Shown: positions 18,413 through 27,706 of the stretch, one piece after another
Layout: each line of letters starts with the position of its first letter
How positions within the stretch are numbered: the first letter of the stretch is position 1
NCBI GenBank assembly: GCA_943353165.1
Contig: CALRAM010000001.1
Coordinates: 173,803 to 237,802, forward strand
DNA: 64,000 nucleotides
Origin: an uncultured Candidatus Saccharimonas sp.
GTDB lineage: Bacteria > Patescibacteriota > Saccharimonadia > Saccharimonadales > OMJO01
Reading direction: 5' to 3'
The notes under the pieces: generated by a model
Told to the model about the DNA's origin: nothing
Databases searched by the model: none
The model's input: only the letters and a program-made list of their open reading frames with translations
Position numbers and translations under genes: made by a program

Positions 18413-19207
18413 ATGAAAGTGTACTCATGGAATGTGAATGGAGTCAGAGCCGTATTGAACAAAGGTACGTTTTTGGAGTTTGTAAAAGAGCACCAACCAG
18501 ATGTTCTGTGCCTACAAGAAACAAAGGCAAACAGAGATCAAGTCGAAATTGATCTACCTAAGTACCATGAATACTGGAACTCCGCCCAGAAAAAAGGCTA
18601 CAGCGGAACAGCTATATTTACCAAAATAAAACCAATAAAGGTTACAAATGATTTCCCGCCAGCTATAACTCAAAAATATCTGAAGCCAGATAGCTACGGA
18701 AACATCGCAGAAGAAGGCAGGGTAATGACTGCCGAATTCGAAAAATACTTTATCGTCACCGTCTACACTCCAAACAGCAAGGGAGATTTATCCCGCCTAG
18801 AGCTACGCCAAAAACACTGGGACCCAGCTTTTTTAAAGTATTGCGAATTCCTACAATCCCAAAAACCAGTAATATTTTGTGGCGACCTAAATGTAGCGCA
18901 CACAGAAGACGACCTAGCAAACCCCAAGCCAAACATCGGAAAACACGGATTTACTAATGAGGAACGAAAAGGTTTTGATAATTTTTTAGGGGCAGGCTTT
19001 GTGGATACTTTTCGGATATTTACTAAAGGCAACGGAAACTACAGCTGGTGGACGCATTGGGCAAACGCTAGGGCCAGAAATGTAGGCTGGAGGATTGATT
19101 ACTTGCTAGTGTCTGCAAGTATATCTAGCAAGGTAAAATCCGCAACCATACACCCTGACATATTAGGTTCAGATCATTGCCCAGTAAGCATAGAGATTGA
19201 CCTGTGA
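18413..19207 (+). CDS. xth: Exodeoxyribonuclease III
   Basis: KVYSWNVNGVRA, LCLQETK, GDLNVAH and SDHCPV motifs of the EEP/ExoIII family. ATG at 18413; an in-frame GTG at 18407 is also possible. Confidence 0.9.
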   Translation: MKVYSWNVNGVRAVLNKGTFLEFVKEHQPDVLCLQETKANRDQVEIDLPKYHEYWNSAQKKGYSGTAIFTKIKPIKVTNDFPPAITQKYLKPDSYGNIAEEGRVMTAEFEKYFIVTVYTPNSKGDLSRLELRQKHWDPAFLKYCEFLQSQKPVIFCGDLNVAHTEDDLANPKPNIGKHGFTNEERKGFDNFLGAGFVDTFRIFTKGNGNYSWWTHWANARARNVGWRIDYLLVSASISSKVKSATIHPDILGSDHCPVSIEIDL

Positions 19208-19929
19208 AAAAAAAGTTTGCTGTCTTTGACATAGACGGCACACTAATACGCTGGCAGTTATACCATGCTGCTGTGGACGCATTGGCAAGCAAGGGTCATC
19301 TGGGCTTAGACGCCAGCGAACAAATACATGCAGAAAGAATGACCTGGAAAAAACGGGCTCACTCAGAGGCATTCTCCGATTACGAAAAGTTTATGATTGG
19401 CCTCTACGAAAAAGCCCTGATAAACCTTCAGCCTAAAATTTTTGACCAAATAGTAAATGAAGTTGCAGAAAAGTATAAAGATCAAGTGTACACATATACG
19501 CGAGATTTGATATTGCAGCTAAAAAAGGATGGTTACTTTTTATTGGCTATTTCTGGGTCGCATAATGAGCTTGTAGAAATTGTAGCAAAACAACACGGCT
19601 TTGATGATTGGATAGGTAGTACATACAACCGTAATGGAGATAAATTTACTGGGGAAATCAAAGTTGTAAGCCAAAACAAAAAAACAGAGCTAGAAAAACT
19701 AATAACTCGCCACGATTTAACTACAAAGGGAAGTTACGCTATAGGCGATAGCCACAGCGATGCTGTTATGATGGATATGGTCAGCAACCCCATAGCCTTT
19801 AACCCAGACCGGCGATTGTTTGATTATTCACGCGCAAAAGGCTGGCGAATAGTTGTAGAGCGAAAAAATATGATATATGAACTGGAGGAGCATAATGGCA
19901 AATACCTATTGGCAAAAACAAACATCTGA
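19204..19929 (+). CDS. HAD-superfamily hydrolase, subfamily IB (SerB-like)
   Basis: Motif I FDIDGTL, motif II ISGS, motif IV GDSHSD. The GTG start overlaps the xth stop. Confidence 0.7.
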   Translation: MKKKFAVFDIDGTLIRWQLYHAAVDALASKGHLGLDASEQIHAERMTWKKRAHSEAFSDYEKFMIGLYEKALINLQPKIFDQIVNEVAEKYKDQVYTYTRDLILQLKKDGYFLLAISGSHNELVEIVAKQHGFDDWIGSTYNRNGDKFTGEIKVVSQNKKTELEKLITRHDLTTKGSYAIGDSHSDAVMMDMVSNPIAFNPDRRLFDYSRAKGWRIVVERKNMIYELEEHNGKYLLAKTNI

Positions 19930-20695
19930 AATAGCACTTTTTCCAGAGCTATTATGGAGCAAACCCGAAAATAAGAACCAGGCAGGAAAGTTACTAATAA
20001 TTGGCGGAAATATTCACGGTTTTTCAGCTCCCGCGAATGCCTATAATTTTGCTACAAAATCAGGCATTGGTACTGCCAGAATATTACTACCGGACAAACT
20101 AAAACGGACTATTGGCAGGGTTCTAGAAATGGGAGAGTATGCCCCCAGCACCCCTAGTGGCAGCTTTAGCCAAAAGGCATTGGACGAGGTTCTATCCCAA
20201 GCCAGTTGGGCAGACGGCGTTTTATTGGCAGGAGACTTTGGCAAAAATAGCGAGACAGCCATACTGCTAGAAAAGTTTTTAGATAAATACGGCGGTCCCG
20301 TAGCACTGACCAACGATGCCATAGATTTTGTAATCGAAAATCCTGATTCCATAAAAAACCGCCCGAACACTACTGTAGTTTTGTCTATTTATCATTTACA
20401 AAAACTTGTTACGAAGCTTGGTTATCCCCAGCCAATAAGCTTGGAAATGCCCCTAAACAGACTAGTCGAAGTTTTAAATGATTTTAGTCAAACCTACTCA
20501 TTCGCAGTTGTAGTCAAACAGTACGATGCCATTTTTGTGGCGACCGCAGGAAAAGTTAGCAGTACGGCTGTCCAGCCAAACAACACGAACTGGCAAACGG
20601 AAGTTGCCGCTAGAGCAATAGTTTGGTGTATTCAAAACACAGAAAAACCATTTGAATCCTTGACTACAGCAGTTTTTGAAACTGGTAACAAGTAG
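19895..20695 (+). CDS. YjeF C-terminal-like carbohydrate-kinase-fold protein (divergent NAD(P)HX dehydratase family)
   Basis: GKLLIIGGNIHGFSAPANAYNFATKSGIG matches the N-terminal motif of the family, but the later Gly-rich ATP motif is degenerate. The track ORF starts at 19877; I prefer the Met at 19895. Confidence 0.45.
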   Translation: MANTYWQKQTSEIALFPELLWSKPENKNQAGKLLIIGGNIHGFSAPANAYNFATKSGIGTARILLPDKLKRTIGRVLEMGEYAPSTPSGSFSQKALDEVLSQASWADGVLLAGDFGKNSETAILLEKFLDKYGGPVALTNDAIDFVIENPDSIKNRPNTTVVLSIYHLQKLVTKLGYPQPISLEMPLNRLVEVLNDFSQTYSFAVVVKQYDAIFVATAGKVSSTAVQPNNTNWQTEVAARAIVWCIQNTEKPFESLTTAVFETGNK

Positions 20696-20736
20696 GCTTG
20701 TTGCATTTATGGCTACGATGTTGTAATGTATTGTAA

Positions 20737-21678
20737 ATGAATAATTCTAACAACCACAGACCCCCTTCCATGTATGGGACAGAAAGAGTGTCTAGAGATA
20801 TAGAACGCTTTTCTTCCAACAACTACGTAGATGAACAGCTAGAAATTGCCAAAGATCTAAGTACTCTGGGGTCTGCAGAAGGATACACGCTGTCTGGCGC
20901 AATGTACCAGGAATTGTCGTGCAAAAAAGAACTAGACCTAATGCAAAAAATAGAGTGCTTGTCGGAAGCCAAGAAAAGCTGGGAAAATAGCCTGGCCATC
21001 AAAAGCATATGTAACGCCCCTATGAATCGTTACACTCAACAGGCACATGTTGGTTTGGCTTGCTTGCCATTGTGGGCCTCACTGGCAGTAGACGGAAAAA
21101 ACTCTTCTTTAGAAACAACTAAAAATTCATATAACAAACTCATAGACATAGGGCTAAAAAGTATAGTAGCAGTCGAAAATATAGACCTAGAAAGTGAAGA
21201 CCTAGTACTGCAAACAAATAATGATTTACGTGGGGGCATATCGGAAATAAACGCACTAATACTCCTGCAAAGATTTATAGTTCAAACTCTAAAAGATGAC
21301 AGCTTTACGGCAGTACCATCTCTGCTTAGCCAAGATTATGCTAAACGCAAAGGTTCTGGCGGATTAAACAATGGTTGGGATACTTCTGTTTTCACCAAAA
21401 CTTCTCCCGAGCAGCAAAACGTCGATTTAACTTATAAACTTCAAATAAAAACCCACCACCTAAAAAAGGAAAAAATTTATAGCCCTGACATAATAGTTAT
21501 AGCTATGGGATCTGATTTGGTAGATTACAATCAACCAATAGGCCTAAGCTTTGACTCTATAATCAATAATGCCGAAAAAGAGAGACAACAAACCAGCCAC
21601 GAAAACTTGGGAAATCAGATAGAAAGCTCCTTGTTTCTAGACAACAAAACGGAGATTCTACTAAACCTAATGGGCTAA
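20737..21678 (+). CDS. Hypothetical protein (helical N-domain; possible PD-(D/E)xK-like C-domain)
   Basis: 313 aa with no TM helix or signal peptide. The spacing E(ISEINAL)...D(GWDTSVF)...QxK(LQIKT) is reminiscent of a restriction-endonuclease-like fold. This is weak. Confidence 0.25.
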   Translation: MNNSNNHRPPSMYGTERVSRDIERFSSNNYVDEQLEIAKDLSTLGSAEGYTLSGAMYQELSCKKELDLMQKIECLSEAKKSWENSLAIKSICNAPMNRYTQQAHVGLACLPLWASLAVDGKNSSLETTKNSYNKLIDIGLKSIVAVENIDLESEDLVLQTNNDLRGGISEINALILLQRFIVQTLKDDSFTAVPSLLSQDYAKRKGSGGLNNGWDTSVFTKTSPEQQNVDLTYKLQIKTHHLKKEKIYSPDIIVIAMGSDLVDYNQPIGLSFDSIINNAEKERQQTSHENLGNQIESSLFLDNKTEILLNLMG

Positions 21679-21709
21679 ATAAAAAGACCCCGTAAAGGGG
21701 CCTTTATTC

Positions 21710-21796
21710 TGGTGCCGAGGGAGGGACTTGAACCCTCATGATATTGCTACCACTGGATTTTGAGTCCAGCGCGTCTACCAATTCCGCCACCTCGGC
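21710..21796 (-). tRNA. tRNA-Leu (anticodon CAA), CCA encoded
   Basis: The reverse complement reads GCCGAGG TG GCGGAATTGGTAGACGCG CTGGA-CTCAAAA-TCCAG, then a long variable arm, then GAGGG-TTCAAGT-CCCTC CCTCGGC A CCA. Confidence 0.93.
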
Positions 21797-21863
21797 TCAT
21801 TTTGATGTGTGGAAACCAACCATATTGTACTATAATCATATCTGTTAATACAGCACAAGCATA

Positions 21864-23024
21864 ATGACAGAAAAAGAAGAGCCCAACAAACTACACCCCA
21901 ACGACCCGGCTATCAGTATGATTCGCCACAAAATAGCTATGTTACATTCCAAAGAACCGAACGCTTCGGACGAAATGGATGTAGCAAAAGATCATGCCAC
22001 AAGATCTAATCACCAGCAATTCATGTACGACCTCAGCACTTCTGGGAAATCTCTGGCAGAAATTCAAACCGCCTGGCATAACTACTACATTGGACTGCCC
22101 GATGACCAAAAGCACAAAGTATGGCAAGAGTTCTATGAAGCCAACGATCATAACAAAAACAAACACGCTAGCCCCAAAGTTCATATCTCAAAAGATCATG
22201 CGGTTGTTTTAGACACAGATAACCATCCTATTTCATCTAATCCAAAAACCATTACCCAGCTAAAACAAGACACCCTAAAACTTGTGTCAAAAAAAAGGCG
22301 TCCTACCGCCAAACAACATTTTAAGTCCTTGCTGTTTGGGCTGAGCGCTGGAATGATTACGGTATTCATACTATTATTTGGTTTTTTTAACGATAGGTTT
22401 ATCGCTCCTTTCATATCACCCAGCCGAAATGTCAGTTCTACTCCTATACTAATTGACGCCAACAGCACTCTAGCTGTTGGGCCAGAACCAAAATTAATTA
22501 TTCCAAAAATAAACATCGAACTGCCCGTAAATTTTAAAGAAACCTCAACAAATGAAAAAGCAGTACAAGCTGCTCTAAAAACAGGGGTCGTACACTACCC
22601 AACCACATCGTACCCAGGACAAATAGGCAATGGTGCTATTTTTGGGCATTCCAGCGGTAACATCCTAAACAGCGGTCAATTCAAGTTTGCGTTTTCGCTA
22701 CTCAGAAAATTAGAAATAGGCGATACTTTTATGATCCAAAAAGACAGCAAACCGTATTTTTACAAGATCTACAAAAAGTATGTTGTTCCTCCTACCGATG
22801 TATCTGTTCTAAATACCCAAGACAAACCGGCTACTTTTACACTTATAACATGCGACCCACCAGGCCTCAGCACTAGTAGATTGATAATTGTAGGTGAGCA
22901 GGTATCGCCAAACCCTATAAAAAACACAGAGAGTACCGCTGCGAAATCCACCCTGAAACCAGATATACTGCCTAGCAATTCAGAAAGCCTGTGGCAGAGA
23001 CTCTGGTCCTGGATATCTGGCTAA
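21864..23024 (+). CDS. Sortase-family transpeptidase with ~150-aa cytoplasmic N-terminal extension
   Basis: TM helix (LLFGLSAGMITVFILLFGFF). Catalytic-type motifs IFGHSSG (His) and TLITCDPPG (TLxTC Cys). Confidence 0.75.
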   Translation: MTEKEEPNKLHPNDPAISMIRHKIAMLHSKEPNASDEMDVAKDHATRSNHQQFMYDLSTSGKSLAEIQTAWHNYYIGLPDDQKHKVWQEFYEANDHNKNKHASPKVHISKDHAVVLDTDNHPISSNPKTITQLKQDTLKLVSKKRRPTAKQHFKSLLFGLSAGMITVFILLFGFFNDRFIAPFISPSRNVSSTPILIDANSTLAVGPEPKLIIPKINIELPVNFKETSTNEKAVQAALKTGVVHYPTTSYPGQIGNGAIFGHSSGNILNSGQFKFAFSLLRKLEIGDTFMIQKDSKPYFYKIYKKYVVPPTDVSVLNTQDKPATFTLITCDPPGLSTSRLIIVGEQVSPNPIKNTESTAAKSTLKPDILPSNSESLWQRLWSWISG

Positions 23025-23037
23025 ATAATTTAAACCC

Positions 23038-24534
23038 TTAGTTTGCTAGTTTGCTGGACTGTTCGGCTGTAAGTCGAAGTTCGGTTCTCTGCAAAGCTAT
23101 CTGAGTGGACTTTGACAATGACGGACCAATCGTAAACAAGGCTTTATAGTCACGATCAAAAAACGGGGTAGTGTCTGAATTGGTACTATTTAGTGTCTGA
23201 ACATTTGTGCCATCAAAGTCAAAAACCTTTATTTTTGACGCATCAACAACTGTTAGTCGGTGACCATCCATCCAGTTAGCTTTTGAGGCGACAGGCAAAG
23301 GTATTTTGGTATCGTAGCGTAACTGCTTTTTGTTTTCTATATCATAGACAGAGAACAAACCTCCAGTTTGAACGCTAATAAACCTAGTGTTAGTAGAAAA
23401 AGACACGAATCTAGGGTCGTCTTGCTTTAGTAGGGCAACGGCTTCTGGAAGTTTTCCGGGGTTAGACTTTATAAGTTCTAGTGGGTTTTTGTAAACATAT
23501 ACTTTTCCGCCAGCATTACTACCGACAACAGCGTAGAAAGCGTTATCAAAACTCGCCATATCCAACAAGTAAATATCGCTTTTAGTCACCTCCCGAACCT
23601 TGTAATCTTCGGAGCCTATGCGTAGACGAACTGTAGAGTTGCCGACAGTTGCCCCTGAGTCCGTAACGTACAAAATTTGGTCAGCACCATATGGCTTGAA
23701 CGACAAAAGTCCACTAATCAGTGGTTTGATAGTTTTGGATTTTATATCTGCAGTAGACAGAGTTAAAGCTACTTTGTCCTGCAAATAATACTGATCAAAT
23801 TTTTTATCGCGAAAACTAAATAAAGCATTGGGGGTAGAAAAATAAGTGGAAAGATTTTGGCTTGTCGCCGGGTTGTCACGGCTTATCAAAATATACTCAA
23901 CTCCACCAGTGTAATTGTGTTGAACAATAAAATGCTTATTGTCGGCAGACCATTCTACTGTGGACAATCTGTGTTCGCCGGCGGCCGAATTAAATAATCC
24001 TGCGGCCAAATTAAAGACTGTTCGGTCGTTGTTATTGGCGTTCATGTCAAACTGGTCATATGCAGTCAAACTGCCGGGCTGTTGAATTATAATCCATCGC
24101 TTGTCTGGACTCTGAGTAGACATAGTGTAACCTGGTAAATATACCTGTAAATCTTTGGTCACCAGTTCCGTTGGAAACATAAAAGGGTAATCGTACCGAA
24201 GTATTTTTGAACCTTCTAGCACAAACTGGTTTTGCCAGGTTCTGTAGCCATTTCGCTTCAACTCCAAGTTGTATTTACCTTCAGGTATCACCATTCTATC
24301 GGCAGTTTGACCTTTTTTCTTGCCATTTAAATATATGTCCGAGCTATCCAAGTGGGAATCAACAAAAACTAGACCATTTTGAATAACTTTTCCAGTTTTT
24401 CGGTTTAAATCAAAGCCCATCACTGTCAAAGCCAATATGCCGGTGCCAATTGAAAGACATATGGCAACTAGTGCGTAACCTACGAATAGGCGAATAGTGT
24501 GTGATCGTCGCTTGTGTGGGTCTAGAAAATCCAT
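23038..24534 (-). CDS. Membrane-anchored PEGA-domain protein with beta-propeller-like C-terminal region
   Basis: N-terminal TM helix. PEGA signature SDIYLNGKKKGQTADRMVIPEGKYNLELKRNGYRTW. The long beta-rich remainder is unclassified. Confidence 0.6.
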   Translation of the reverse strand: MDFLDPHKRRSHTIRLFVGYALVAICLSIGTGILALTVMGFDLNRKTGKVIQNGLVFVDSHLDSSDIYLNGKKKGQTADRMVIPEGKYNLELKRNGYRTWQNQFVLEGSKILRYDYPFMFPTELVTKDLQVYLPGYTMSTQSPDKRWIIIQQPGSLTAYDQFDMNANNNDRTVFNLAAGLFNSAAGEHRLSTVEWSADNKHFIVQHNYTGGVEYILISRDNPATSQNLSTYFSTPNALFSFRDKKFDQYYLQDKVALTLSTADIKSKTIKPLISGLLSFKPYGADQILYVTDSGATVGNSTVRLRIGSEDYKVREVTKSDIYLLDMASFDNAFYAVVGSNAGGKVYVYKNPLELIKSNPGKLPEAVALLKQDDPRFVSFSTNTRFISVQTGGLFSVYDIENKKQLRYDTKIPLPVASKANWMDGHRLTVVDASKIKVFDFDGTNVQTLNSTNSDTTPFFDRDYKALFTIGPSLSKSTQIALQRTELRLTAEQSSKLAN

Positions 24535-24673
24535 TTTTGTGTTTATTTAACGCTGTGTTTTATTATAACTCTCTTTGGCAACAAATAACAACACTATTGC
24601 TAGGCGACCAAAACAGATATAATATGTAGACACACGATATGAAAGAAAACATAGACGAGGATAATTAAAACAA

Positions 24674-25708
24674 GTGGGCATTCACAAAAATACAATTGAG
24701 CTAAATGGCAACCTATACGATGCCAAATCGGGTAGAATGCTTGGGGTACCGTCTCTGGCGCCAACAGTTACCGCCAAAACAATTGGTATGTCTATAGACG
24801 GTTTTACTTCCAGAAGACAACAACGCCCAATTCATACAAAAAAGAAAGCGGCCGAAAATATACATTCTAAAACTTTGCGTTCCAAAACCCTGATGCGTCG
24901 TGGTGTCAGCAAACCATATGTTGCTCCAGCCAAAAATATCCCAAACGCCGTTCCCAGCGAAACAGCAGGCCGCAAAGAACACGAAGGTTTACGACTAAAA
25001 AGGGCCCAAAAAATTACAACCAGTCGATATATTTCCAAGTTTGGCGCCAGAGGACTCTTAGACATTTATATGACACCTGTTCCAGCAGATATTTCTGTTC
25101 GTCCAGAACCTACTACCCAAAATTCAACAATATACACTGCCCCAGAAAATACTAAAAATTCCTCTTTGTCGGCGCTAGACATACACCTTCAGAATTCCCT
25201 GAAACATGCCAGCGCCCACAAAAACAAACCACTAAAAAAACAAAAGAGAACGAACAAAACGAGCAAAAGAATGAACATAGCCCTTATGTCCTTGGCAATA
25301 ATTCTGATTGGCGGCTTCATAGCGTACCAAAACTCTGAAATATTGGCAGTTCGCATAGCAGCACAACGTGCAGGCATATCTATGACGGTTCCTGGCTATA
25401 CTCCAGCGGGCTTTAGACTAAACAACCACAGTAGCAAGGCAGGCGAGATAACTATGGGCTACAAATCTAATACAGACGGCCGGTCGTACAATCTGACGCA
25501 GTCCGTCTCGTCTTGGGATAGTGGCGCACTGGTAGCTCACTTTTTGGACACAAAAACATACCAAGTTACCCAAACCAACAAAGGGCTGCAAGTTTACACC
25601 TACGACGGGTCAAATGCTACCTGGCTAGACCATGGCGTATGGTTCAATTTATATGGCGACGCCCAACTGAGTAGCAATCAATTATCTGAACTGATAAATA
25701 GTATCTAA
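24674..25708 (+). CDS. Hypothetical single-pass membrane protein (DUF4367-like extracytoplasmic domain)
   Basis: GTG start. Basic disordered N-terminus containing MSIDGFTSRR. TM helix (IALMSLAIILIGGFIAY). The C-domain PGYTPAGFRL...W...G.W resembles DUF4367, recalled from memory only. Confidence 0.35.
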   Translation: MGIHKNTIELNGNLYDAKSGRMLGVPSLAPTVTAKTIGMSIDGFTSRRQQRPIHTKKKAAENIHSKTLRSKTLMRRGVSKPYVAPAKNIPNAVPSETAGRKEHEGLRLKRAQKITTSRYISKFGARGLLDIYMTPVPADISVRPEPTTQNSTIYTAPENTKNSSLSALDIHLQNSLKHASAHKNKPLKKQKRTNKTSKRMNIALMSLAIILIGGFIAYQNSEILAVRIAAQRAGISMTVPGYTPAGFRLNNHSSKAGEITMGYKSNTDGRSYNLTQSVSSWDSGALVAHFLDTKTYQVTQTNKGLQVYTYDGSNATWLDHGVWFNLYGDAQLSSNQLSELINSI

Positions 25709-25767
25709 AAACGCCCTACGGCCGAGTTGTTTCAAATTAGCATCCAGCACTCTGTTACAATAGTCAC

Positions 25768-27192
25768 ATGACAGTTAGAACACGGTTTGCTCCATCTCCT
25801 ACGGGACTGCTACACGTTGGGGGTATTCGCACAGCATTATTTGCTTGGCTGGTTGCTCGCCAAGGAAATGGGCAATTCATACTACGCCTAGAAGATACCG
25901 ACCAGAAAAGAGAAGTCAAAGGAACAGACCAGCACATTATGGACTGCTTGATGGCTTTGGGACTAGAATACGACGAAGGACCCGACAAAAAAGGGCCTCA
26001 TGGGCCATATCGCCAAAGCCAGAGGCTCGACATATACAAAAAATGGGCGGACAAGTTAGTAGCTTCTGGACGGGCTTATGCAGACCCTTATACAGCCGAA
26101 GAAGTCCAAGCCTTCAGAGAACTAGCCCAAAAGTCCAAGAAGCCTTTTCTATACCGTAACCACCGCCCAGAAAATCCAGCCAAATGGGACGGCAGCACTC
26201 CATTGCGCCTAAAATCCGAACCAAAGGCTTACAAATGGCACGACGAAGTCATGGGCGACATATCCACAGGTCCAGCAGTAATTGACGATATAATTTTAAT
26301 GAAAAGCGATGGCTTTCCAACCTATAACTTTGCCCACATAGTTGATGATGCCGAAATGCAAATTAGCCACATCATACGCGGTCAGGAATTTTTGGCCAGC
26401 GTGCCAAACTACCTAAATATATACGAAGCCCTAGATATAAATCCTCCCATAATGGCAACCATGCCCCACATATTGAATGAACACGGAAACAAAAAGCTAT
26501 CTAAACGCGACGGAGCCAAAGACTTGATGGACTACATCAAAGAGGGTTACTTGCCAGAAGCTCTGGTTAGCTTTATAGCTACATTGGGCTGGAACGATGG
26601 CACTACGCAGGAAGTATTTAGTACTAAAGAGTTACTGCAAAAATTTAGCCTAGCCAAAGTCCAGCGCAGCGGAGCTCGCTTTGACGAACGACGATTGCTC
26701 TGGGTAAATGGAAACTTCATACGGTCGATGTCTTTGGACCAACTGTATGAAAAAGTGGAAAGTTTCTGGCCGGAACCAGCCAAAAACGCCACTACAATAT
26801 ACAAAAAACAAGTTTTGGCCACCGTACAGGAAAGACTAAAATACTATGCGGAACTGCCCGAACTAACGCAATTTTTCTTTTTAGATTTACCGCTAGACCC
26901 ACAATTAATTAAACAAAACAAACAACTTGGCAAATTATCAAATGAAGAATTAAAAAAACTGCTAACTGTGTCAAAAACAGAGCTGGAACAGAGCGATTTC
27001 AGCACGAAAGATTTGACAGACAGGCTAAATAGCCTGCTAAATCAGACAAACCAAAAACCAGCCGTACTTTTCAGTTTGCTACGAATATCAATTACCCAAA
27101 CCCCTTCATCTCCGGGCCTGAGCGACACACTATCTGTATTAGGAAAAGTCAAATCATTGGAACGCATAGAGTCACAGATAAACGCGTTGTAG
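25768..27192 (+). CDS. gltX: Glutamate--tRNA ligase
   Basis: The class I HIGH region is present as RFAPSPTGLLHVGGIRTALF, and the KMSKS-type motif as KLSKR. Confidence 0.92.
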   Translation: MTVRTRFAPSPTGLLHVGGIRTALFAWLVARQGNGQFILRLEDTDQKREVKGTDQHIMDCLMALGLEYDEGPDKKGPHGPYRQSQRLDIYKKWADKLVASGRAYADPYTAEEVQAFRELAQKSKKPFLYRNHRPENPAKWDGSTPLRLKSEPKAYKWHDEVMGDISTGPAVIDDIILMKSDGFPTYNFAHIVDDAEMQISHIIRGQEFLASVPNYLNIYEALDINPPIMATMPHILNEHGNKKLSKRDGAKDLMDYIKEGYLPEALVSFIATLGWNDGTTQEVFSTKELLQKFSLAKVQRSGARFDERRLLWVNGNFIRSMSLDQLYEKVESFWPEPAKNATTIYKKQVLATVQERLKYYAELPELTQFFFLDLPLDPQLIKQNKQLGKLSNEELKKLLTVSKTELEQSDFSTKDLTDRLNSLLNQTNQKPAVLFSLLRISITQTPSSPGLSDTLSVLGKVKSLERIESQINAL

Positions 27193-27195
27193 CTT

Positions 27196-27648
27196 TTATA
27201 GATAATCAAAAAATTTGGTCTGTTGTTTGTCTAGGTTGTTGTAGTTTTCGTGGCACAAAAACTCTGGCAGAACATTATGTGCGCTTGGGTCTATAAACGC
27301 ATACTCCGCTATTTCTTTTTCGCCGTGCGTGGTTTTTGACAAATCAAGCCTTAGATAATCCTTGGCATTATTTATCAAAAAGAAAAACTCGATGTGATCC
27401 TCGTCCTTGCCGGCATATTTACCCTTGAACTGTTGAACATAGAGCAATGTGCCTATGTCTGGTTTTATACCCGTTTCTTCTACCAGCTCGCGCTCTAGGG
27501 CAGACAATAATGGTTCGCATTCTTCCACGCCACCACCAAAAGTACACCAAAAATCTTTTGGACCATCGCTGTTATAGTCGCGGTGTCTGATGCTCAACAT
27601 TTTGCCGTCCACGACTATTATGCCCCTGACTGCTATGCGTCTATTCAT
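27196..27648 (-). CDS. NUDIX hydrolase
   Basis: Nudix box GGGVEECEPLLSALERELVEETG. Confidence 0.85.
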   Translation of the reverse strand: MNRRIAVRGIIVVDGKMLSIRHRDYNSDGPKDFWCTFGGGVEECEPLLSALERELVEETGIKPDIGTLLYVQQFKGKYAGKDEDHIEFFFLINNAKDYLRLDLSKTTHGEKEIAEYAFIDPSAHNVLPEFLCHENYNNLDKQQTKFFDYL

Positions 27649-27706
27649 GCAGTAATATTAGCATACCTTTCCAAAGCAGCGGACCGCAGTTACAATTACT
27701 AGATAC

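Noticed and set aside
21679-21709. An intrinsic terminator between the 313-aa gene and tRNA-Leu (AGACCCCGTAAAGGGGCCTTTATT).
   Set aside because: Only a 4-bp CCCC/GGGG stem with a short, interrupted T-run. This is too weak to annotate.
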